Source: Actinomycetota bacterium
Lineage (GTDB): Bacteria > Actinomycetota > CALGFH01
Assembly: GCA_035535495.1 (NCBI GenBank)
Contig: DATLQA010000233.1
Location: 10,734 to 74,733, forward strand
Direction of reading: 5' to 3'
Length of the DNA: 64,000 nucleotides
Made by a program: the position numbers and the translations under genes. Below are positions 57,116 through 64,000 of the stretch, one piece after another (position 1 is the first letter of the stretch; every line of letters begins with the position of its first letter). The notes beneath the pieces are model-generated. The model saw only the letters and a list, made by a program, of their open reading frames with translations. It was not told the DNA's origin and did no database searches.

Positions 57116-58369
57116 TTGCCGTACGACGTCGCTGATCTCGCCCTCGCCGACGAGGGCCGGCTGCGCATCGAGTGGGCCGACAGGCACATGCCGGTGCTGC
57201 GCGACATCCGCGCACGCTTCGAGAAGGAGCAGCCCCTCGCCGGCCTCGAGGTGGCCGCCTGCCTGCACGTGACCACCGAGACGGCCAACCTGATGCGCGC
57301 CCTCAAGGCCGGCGGCGCGTCGGTCACCCTCTGCGCCTCCAACCCGCTGTCGACCCAGGACGACACCGCCGCCGCGCTGGTACAGCACTATGGCATCGAC
57401 GTGTTCGCCCGCCGCGGGGTCGACAACGCCGGCTACTACCAGCACCTCGAAGCGGCGCTCGACACCCGTCCCAACGTCACCATGGACGACGGCTGCGACC
57501 TGGTCACCCTGCTGCACACCCGGCGCACCGACCAGCTCGGCCAGGTGCGGGTGGGCACCGAGGAGACCACCACCGGGGTCATCCGGCTGCGCCAGATGGA
57601 GCGCGAGGGCGCCCTGGCCTACCCGATCATCGCGGTCAACGACACCCCCACCAAGCACCTGTTCGACAACCGCTACGGCACCGGCCAGTCGAGCATCGAC
57701 GGGATCCTGCGGGCCACCAACCTCCTGCTCGCCGGGACCACCTTCGTGGTCGCCGGCTACGGCTACTGCGGCAAGGGCCTGGCCATGCGCGCCCGCGGCA
57801 TGGGCGCCAAGGTGGTCGTCACCGAGGTCGAGCCGGTCCGCGCGCTCGAGGCGGCGATGGAGGGCTTCCGGGTGGCGCCGATGCTCTCCGCGGCCCGCGA
57901 GGCCGACCTGATCGTGTCGGTCACCGGCGACCGCGACATCCTCCGGCGCGAGCACTTCGAGGTGATGAAGGACGGCGTGATCCTGGCCAACTCCGGCCAC
58001 TTCGACGTGGAGATCGACAAGGTCGCCCTCCGCGAGCTCGCCACCTCGGTGACGCGGGTCCGCGAGAACGTCGAGGAGTTCGTGATGGACGACGGCCGGC
58101 GCATCAACCTGGTCGCCGAGGGGCGGCTGGTCAACCTCGGCGCCGCCGAGGGCCACCCCGCCGCGGTGATGGACATGTCGTTCGCCGACCAGGCCCTGTC
58201 GCTGGAGTGGCTGACCCGCCAGCAGAGCCTCGACGTCCGCGTCCACGACGTCCCGGCCGAGATCGACGCCGAGGTCGCCAGGGTGAAGCTGGCCACCATG
58301 GCCATCGAGATCGACACGCTCACCCAGGCCCAGGTCGACTACCTGCACTCCTGGACCGAGGGCACCTGA
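57116..58369 (+). CDS. ahcY: Adenosylhomocysteinase (short form, about 417 aa)
   Basis: NAD-binding GYGYCGKG and conserved SAHH blocks throughout. Apparent TTG start with an AAGGAGGA ribosome-binding site. Confidence 0.9.
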   Translation: MPYDVADLALADEGRLRIEWADRHMPVLRDIRARFEKEQPLAGLEVAACLHVTTETANLMRALKAGGASVTLCASNPLSTQDDTAAALVQHYGIDVFARRGVDNAGYYQHLEAALDTRPNVTMDDGCDLVTLLHTRRTDQLGQVRVGTEETTTGVIRLRQMEREGALAYPIIAVNDTPTKHLFDNRYGTGQSSIDGILRATNLLLAGTTFVVAGYGYCGKGLAMRARGMGAKVVVTEVEPVRALEAAMEGFRVAPMLSAAREADLIVSVTGDRDILRREHFEVMKDGVILANSGHFDVEIDKVALRELATSVTRVRENVEEFVMDDGRRINLVAEGRLVNLGAAEGHPAAVMDMSFADQALSLEWLTRQQSLDVRVHDVPAEIDAEVARVKLATMAIEIDTLTQAQVDYLHSWTEGT

Positions 58370-58391
58370 GCCGCCACGGCACGGCAGCGAG

Positions 58392-58421
58392 GTTGGGGCC
58401 CCGCCGTGGCGGGGCCCCAAC
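58392..58421. terminator. GC-rich hairpin between the convergent ahcY and RDD genes (candidate bidirectional terminator)
   Basis: Arms GTTGGGGCCCCGCC / GGCGGGGCCCCAAC. No T-tract, as is common in high-GC actinobacteria. Confidence 0.4.
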
Positions 58422-58423
58422 CG

Positions 58424-59404
58424 CTATCCGGGTGGGGAGAACCCGCCAGGCTCAACGGCCGGCGGAGGCTCCAGGGCCTCGGCGTCCGGGTCGCCGGTGC
58501 CGGATCGCGGCGGTGCCGGCGGCGGGGCGCCGGGCGCCGGCCCGGCGGGCACCGCGGGCGGGGTGGGCGGCGCCGAGGCGGGCGGAGCGGCAGGCTGCCA
58601 GCCGCTCGGGAGCGGGGGCGCCGGTGCGCCGGCGGCGGCGCGCTGGCGCCGCTGGTAGGCGGCTGCCACGCAGCGCAGGTAGGCCTCGGGCGGGACCCCG
58701 TCGGGCGGCGGCGGGCGGAGCCGCGTGGCCAGCGGCGTGGCGAGCTGCGCGGCCAGTGACGCCCGCGACGCGGGGGCGAACTGCTCGGCGCGGAGCAGGA
58801 AGCTCCGCACCGCCTGGTAGTCCTCGGTGGCCACGCCGGTGACGTCCAGGGTGGCGGTATAGGACTCGAGTCCTGGCGGGGCAGCGAAGCTGACCGGCGC
58901 GGCCAGCTTGGTCGCGCTGCGCTCGCGCAGCACCAGGGTCCCGGCGACCATGTCGCCCAGCCGCTGGTTGTCGCGGCTGAACAGGATGAACACGACCGCG
59001 AAGAAGCCGCTTCCGAGCAGGAAGTCGACGGTGCCGAGCAGGGTGCGGATAGCCGCGTGCCTGAACCGCACCGGCGCCCCCTCGCGGGTCACCACCCGCA
59101 GGCCGAGCGCGGCCTTGCCGAGGGTGCGGCCGCGCCACAGCGTCTCGAAGGCGATGAAGTAGCCGAGCCACCACCCTGGTATCAGCACGAAGAACATGGC
59201 CAGCACCAGCCAGTCCGGCAGCGCGAGGTCGGCCGCGTTGACCAGCAGGGCGACCCCGGTGATGCCCACGAACAGGCCGGCGAGGACCACCGCCATGTCG
59301 ATCAGGAACGCCAGGATCCGCGAGCCGACGTTGGCGGTCTGGAACTCCAGGGCCACCGCCTCGGGGGTGACCATCCTGGTGGAGCCCTGCGCCATCGTCC
59401 GCAT
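58424..59404 (-). CDS. RDD-family membrane protein with a Pro-rich C-terminal tail
   Basis: RDD core with three TM helices (RILAFLIDMAVVLAGLF...). Confidence 0.75.
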   Translation of the reverse strand: MRTMAQGSTRMVTPEAVALEFQTANVGSRILAFLIDMAVVLAGLFVGITGVALLVNAADLALPDWLVLAMFFVLIPGWWLGYFIAFETLWRGRTLGKAALGLRVVTREGAPVRFRHAAIRTLLGTVDFLLGSGFFAVVFILFSRDNQRLGDMVAGTLVLRERSATKLAAPVSFAAPPGLESYTATLDVTGVATEDYQAVRSFLLRAEQFAPASRASLAAQLATPLATRLRPPPPDGVPPEAYLRCVAAAYQRRQRAAAGAPAPPLPSGWQPAAPPASAPPTPPAVPAGPAPGAPPPAPPRSGTGDPDAEALEPPPAVEPGGFSPPG

Positions 59405-59435
59405 TCCCTCCCGAGATGGGCTCTACAATCCGGCG

Positions 59436-60482
59436 GTGGACATCGACCGGTACATCGCCGGCAACACGCCGGCGTGGAACCGCCTGGCGGAGCTGACCAG
59501 CCGGGCCCAGCGCGGGGTCGGCCGGCTGCCAGCCGCCGAGCTGGCCGAGCTGGTCCGGCTCTACCAGCGGGTCGCCGGCCACCTCTCCTACGCCCAAACC
59601 TACTACCGCGATCCGGCCCTCGTCGCCAGGCTGTCCAGCCTGGTCGCGCGGGCGGCGGCGGTGGTCTACGGCACCAGGCCGCGCACCCCGCGGGTGCTCG
59701 GCCGCTTCTTCACCACCACCTTCCCGGCCGCGGTCTGGCACGCGCGCTGGTTCGTGCTCGCCTCCACGCTGCTCTCCCTGATCCCCGCGCTGGTCCTCGG
59801 GATCTGGATCGCCAATTCGACCGCGGCCCTGGAGGCCCTCGGCCCGCCCGCCGTCCGCGAGGCCTACGTCTCTTCCGACTTCGAGTCCTACTACTCCTCG
59901 GCGCCGGCCGCCCAGTTCGCCTCCCAGGTCTTCGCCAACAACGTGCAGGTCGCCTTCCAGGCCTTCGCGCTCGGCATCCTGCTCTGCGTCGGCAGCGCCT
60001 ACGTGCTGGTGACCAACGGCGCCATGCTCGGCCTGGCCGCCGGCCTGTTCGCCGCGGTCGGCCAGCAGCCCAAGTTCTGGGGGCTGATCCTGCCCCACGG
60101 CATGCTGGAGCTGACCGCGGTGTTCGTGGCCGGCGCCTCCGGGCTCCGCCTCGGCTGGACGGTGATCGACCCGGGTGACCGGCCCCGAGGCGAAGCCCTC
60201 GCCGAGGAAGGCCGGCGCGCGGTGGTGATCGTGCTCGGCCTGATCCTCACCTTCTTCGTCGCCGGCACGATCGAGGGGTTCGTCACCGGCCGGCCCTGGC
60301 CGACCGTGCTGCGGGTCGGCATCGGCGCGGTGGCCGAGGCCGCCTTCCTCGGCTACATCTGGGTGCTCGGCCGTGCCGCCGCCCGCCGAGGCCTGACCGG
60401 CGCCCTCGGCGAGGAGGACGAGGGCAGCTGGCTGATCCGCGGTGAGGTTTCTCCCAGCCGGGGCTACCGCTCCGCTACTTGA
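59436..60482 (+). CDS. SpoIIM-like (stage II sporulation protein M family / DUF95) polytopic membrane protein
   Basis: GTG start. A longer ORF would overlap the RDD gene. Family-typical TM pattern. Confidence 0.6.
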   Translation: MDIDRYIAGNTPAWNRLAELTSRAQRGVGRLPAAELAELVRLYQRVAGHLSYAQTYYRDPALVARLSSLVARAAAVVYGTRPRTPRVLGRFFTTTFPAAVWHARWFVLASTLLSLIPALVLGIWIANSTAALEALGPPAVREAYVSSDFESYYSSAPAAQFASQVFANNVQVAFQAFALGILLCVGSAYVLVTNGAMLGLAAGLFAAVGQQPKFWGLILPHGMLELTAVFVAGASGLRLGWTVIDPGDRPRGEALAEEGRRAVVIVLGLILTFFVAGTIEGFVTGRPWPTVLRVGIGAVAEAAFLGYIWVLGRAAARRGLTGALGEEDEGSWLIRGEVSPSRGYRSAT

Positions 60483-60495
60483 GCCCCGGACCCCT
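60461..60495. repeat. 35-bp direct repeat, copy A. It lies immediately 3' of the DUF58 stop and within the last codons of the convergent SpoIIM-like gene.
   Basis: ggggctaccgctccgctacttgagccccggacccc, compared with copy B at 61833-61868 (about 33/36 identical). Confidence 0.6.
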
Positions 60496-61872
60496 AGAGC
60501 CGGCCGGTCGCCTTGACCCGCAGGTAGGCGTCGGCCAGCTCGGGGGCGAGCCGGCCGGGGCCGGCGTCGACCACCACCGCGCCGAGCCCGCGGAGGCGGG
60601 CGACGGTGCGCCGCCGCGCCTCCAGGGTGGCGGTGGCGGCGGCCTTGCGATAGGCGGCGCCGGCCTCCGCCGGGGTCGAGCGCGCCCAGGTGGTGATCTC
60701 AGGGTCGGTCACGCTGGCCACCACCACCAGGTGGCTGCGGGCGATCAGGGGGAGGGCGGGCAGCAGCGTCTCGGTCACCGCCTGCTCGGCCAGCTCGGTG
60801 AAGACCACCAGCATGGCCCGGCGCCGGAACCGGACCAGGGTCTCGGCGAACGCGCCACGATAGTCGCTCTCCACCAGCTTCGGCTCCAACTGGTACATCG
60901 CCTCGGTGACCCGGGAGAGCTGGTCGCGGCTGTGCCCAGGGTTGACCGCCGCCCGCACCTCGCTGTCGAACGCCACCAGCCCGGCCCGGTCGCCCAGCCG
61001 GGTCGCGACCGCGGTGAGCATCATCACCGCGTCCATGGCGTGGTCGAGGCGGGGCACCTCCTCGACCCGCCCGGCCATGGTCCGGCCGGCGTCCAGCAGC
61101 AGCAGCACCGTCTGGTTGCGCTCCGCCCGGTAGGTCCTGACGATCGCCTTGCCGGCGCGGGCGGTGGCCGCCCAGTCCATGCGCCGGAACTCGTCGTCCA
61201 CGCTGTACTCGCGGAGCGAGTCGAACTCGGTGCCGCCGCCGCGCCCCTGCGCCGAGCGGAGCCCGACCTCGAGGATGCGGGCCTTGTTGATGCGCAGCTC
61301 CGCCTCGTCGCGGGACTTGAACGGCGGGTACACGCGGAGGGTGCCAGGCAGCTCGCGGCGGCCCTGGCGGGCCGCCAGGCCGAGCGGGCCCTGGGCCCGC
61401 AGGGTCAGCTCGGTGGGGGTGAAGCGGCCGCGGCGGGTCGGGCGGATCGCGGTCGCCGCCGCCGCCCGGCCGTGGGCGGGGACGACCAGCCGCGCCCGCC
61501 TGGTGGTGGCCGCCAGCGACGGCGCCAGCTCGTCGGCGAGCCGCACGCGCACCGCCCGCCCCGACCGGCGGCCCTGCCGGTTGGCCACCCGCCAGACCAC
61601 CCGGCCCTCGCCGCCGAGCGGGACGATCCCAGGCAGCTCCCGCTCAACCTCGAGATCCTCCGGCTTGGTGGCCAGCAGCCAGTCGGCCACCGCGACGGCC
61701 AGCAGCAGCCCGTCGACCAGCACCAGCCCGAACGGCGGGCGGAGCGGCAGGGTCAGCACCGCCAGCGAGCAGACCGCCGCCAGCACGGCCAGCCGCCAGG
61801 TCGGCACCGGCAGAAGGCCCCTTGTTCCCGGGGGGCTACCGCTTCGCTCCTTGAGCCCCCCGGACCCCCCGC

Positions 61873-61876
<4 letters not shown>
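60494..61876 (-). CDS. DUF58 domain protein (vWA-like; the MoxR-associated partner)
   Basis: DUF58 core (GGTEFDSLREYSVDDEFRRMDW). ATGA overlap with the upstream MoxR gene. Confidence 0.8.
61833..61868. repeat. 35-bp direct repeat, copy B. It lies within codons 3-15 of DUF58, immediately 3' of the MoxR stop.
   Basis: ggggctaccgcttcgctccttgagcccccggacccc. Confidence 0.6.
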
Positions 61877-62809
<933 letters not shown>

Positions 62810-62820
<11 letters not shown>

Positions 62821-63907
62821 TGGTGACCTCCCGGCGGACGGCGTCGACGGTGTGGGCGAGCGCGACGAGCTCGGCCTCGTCGCGCGGGGTGGCCGGTGCG
62901 AGCGCGGCCAGCGCGCGCTCGACCGGGATGCCGGTGCGGGCCGCGGCCGCCTCGGCCACCCGCTGGGGTGGGGTGGCGGCGGGCAGGCCGAGGCGCTCGG
63001 CCAGGACGCGGCGCAGGTCGTCGGCGAGCAGGCCGGCTGCCTGGTCGCGGCCGCGGGCCCGCTGCAGCAGGTTGCCGACGGCCACCACCAGCTCGGAGCC
63101 TTCGAGCTGGACGGGCTGCGGCTCGCGCACCGGACGGCCGAGGCGGCGCGCCCGCCACATGGCGAGCACCACGAACGCGACCACCAGTTGCCAGCCGAAC
63201 AGCTTGACCCGGGGGGCGATCAGGTCGGTGAGGCCGCGCGCGCCGCCGCCTGGTGGCGGCGGCCGCAGCACCACCACCCGCGTGCCCGCCGACGGCGCCA
63301 GCAGGCTGGCGGCCAGCACCGCGTTGTCGGCCTTGCCGAGTTCGCGGTTGACCAGCGCGCTGGCCCCGCCGAGACGGACCAGGGTGCCGCCACCGAGCGG
63401 CTGGGCGACCAGCCAGGAGCCCTCGCCCCGGCTGAAGCAGCCCTGGCTGCCCGGCGGCGGCTCGAACAGCACGCCACCCGGGGCCGACACCCGCCCCACG
63501 TCGCGCAGGGCGGGCAGGTCGCAGCGGCGCTGCAACTGGACGTCGACCAGCCCGAAGGTGGCGGTGCCGGCCGTGTCGAGGTCGGACACCGAGGAGCTCG
63601 GGTCGGCCACCACCAGGGTGCCGCCCTGGCGCACCCAGCCGAGCAGCACCTCCCGATCAGGGGTTTCGAGGGCGTCGACCAGCAGCAGGGCGGTCCCGTC
63701 CGTTCCTGGCGGTGGCGCCTGGCCGACGGAGACGTCGGCGCCCAGCTCCCGCAAGACCTCGACCAGGGCCTTGGTGCCGAGCGGGCCGGGGGAGTCAGGG
63801 TCGAGCGGGGCGCCCTCCCCGGGCTGCCGCCCGCCGATCAGCGCGGCCGCCACCAGCCCGGCGGCCACCAGCAGCCAGGGCAGCACCCGCCGCAACCGCC
63901 CGCTCAC
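62810..63907 (-). CDS. DUF4350-like protein (upstream partner in the MoxR operon) with an N-terminal membrane anchor
   Basis: Operon position upstream of MoxR. N-terminal TM helix. GTGA overlap with the next upstream gene. Confidence 0.6.
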
Positions 63908-64000
63908 GCCGGCACCCTGGTCAGGACCTGGTCGGACAGCGTCCGCAGGCGGGCGGCGTCGTCCGGGCCTGTTGGCCAGCGCGCGTACCAGGCAAGCTCG
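63904..64000 (-). CDS. Partial CDS (3' end) of the next upstream MoxR-operon gene. It continues beyond the window.
   Basis: Open frame on the minus strand whose stop overlaps the GTG start of the DUF4350-like gene. Confidence 0.3.
   Translation of the reverse strand, partial: ELAWYARWPTGPDDAARLRTLSDQVLTRVPA

Overview
This is a high-GC (~72%) actinobacterial chromosomal window and almost all of it is coding. Most long antisense ORFs in the six-frame track are GC-bias artefacts. Two themes dominate. First, a large cell-envelope glycopolymer locus at about 0.5-37 kb. It contains dTDP-rhamnose genes (rmlA, rmlD), a WbbL-like GT2, an LCP ligase, a GDP-mannose pyrophosphorylase (manC) and three tandem GT4 glycosyltransferases. 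It also has an ABC exporter pair (Wzm/Wzt) whose Wzt carries a C-terminal carbohydrate-binding extension, several SAM methyltransferases, a hexapeptide acetyltransferase and a GtrB/Ppm-like polyprenol-phosphate GT2. Three large GT-C-type membrane proteins, SpoIID/LytB and an Amidase_2 hydrolase complete the set. The gene set resembles the ABC-transporter-dependent, methyl-capped polymannan pathway of E. coli O9a, placed in an actinobacterial wall-polysaccharide context. Second, a conserved actinobacterial core at about 40-64 kb. It holds fbiA/fbiB (F420 synthesis), an ECF sigma/anti-sigma pair, whiB, a GT2-membrane fusion with a DUF5719 partner, phosphomannomutase, an SIS-type isomerase, PNP, an orphan histidine kinase, ahcY, and an RDD / SpoIIM-like / DUF58 / MoxR / DUF4350 cluster. 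Gene order recalls the mycobacterial whiB2-fbiAB-manB-wbbL-rmlD-lcp neighbourhood but is heavily expanded. The most unusual items are: (i) a duplicated module of SAM methyltransferase plus a 691-aa GT-C membrane protein, in which one methyltransferase copy has lost its glycine-rich SAM loop; (ii) a two-gene operon encoding an atypical receiver-like, poly-acidic membrane protein translationally coupled to a small LPXTG-anchored protein; (iii) gene remnants (USP and MsrP-like) and a 35-bp direct repeat that exactly flanks the DUF58 gene. Together these suggest the locus was assembled by insertion and duplication. No rRNA, tRNA, CRISPR array, transposase or integrase was recognised.
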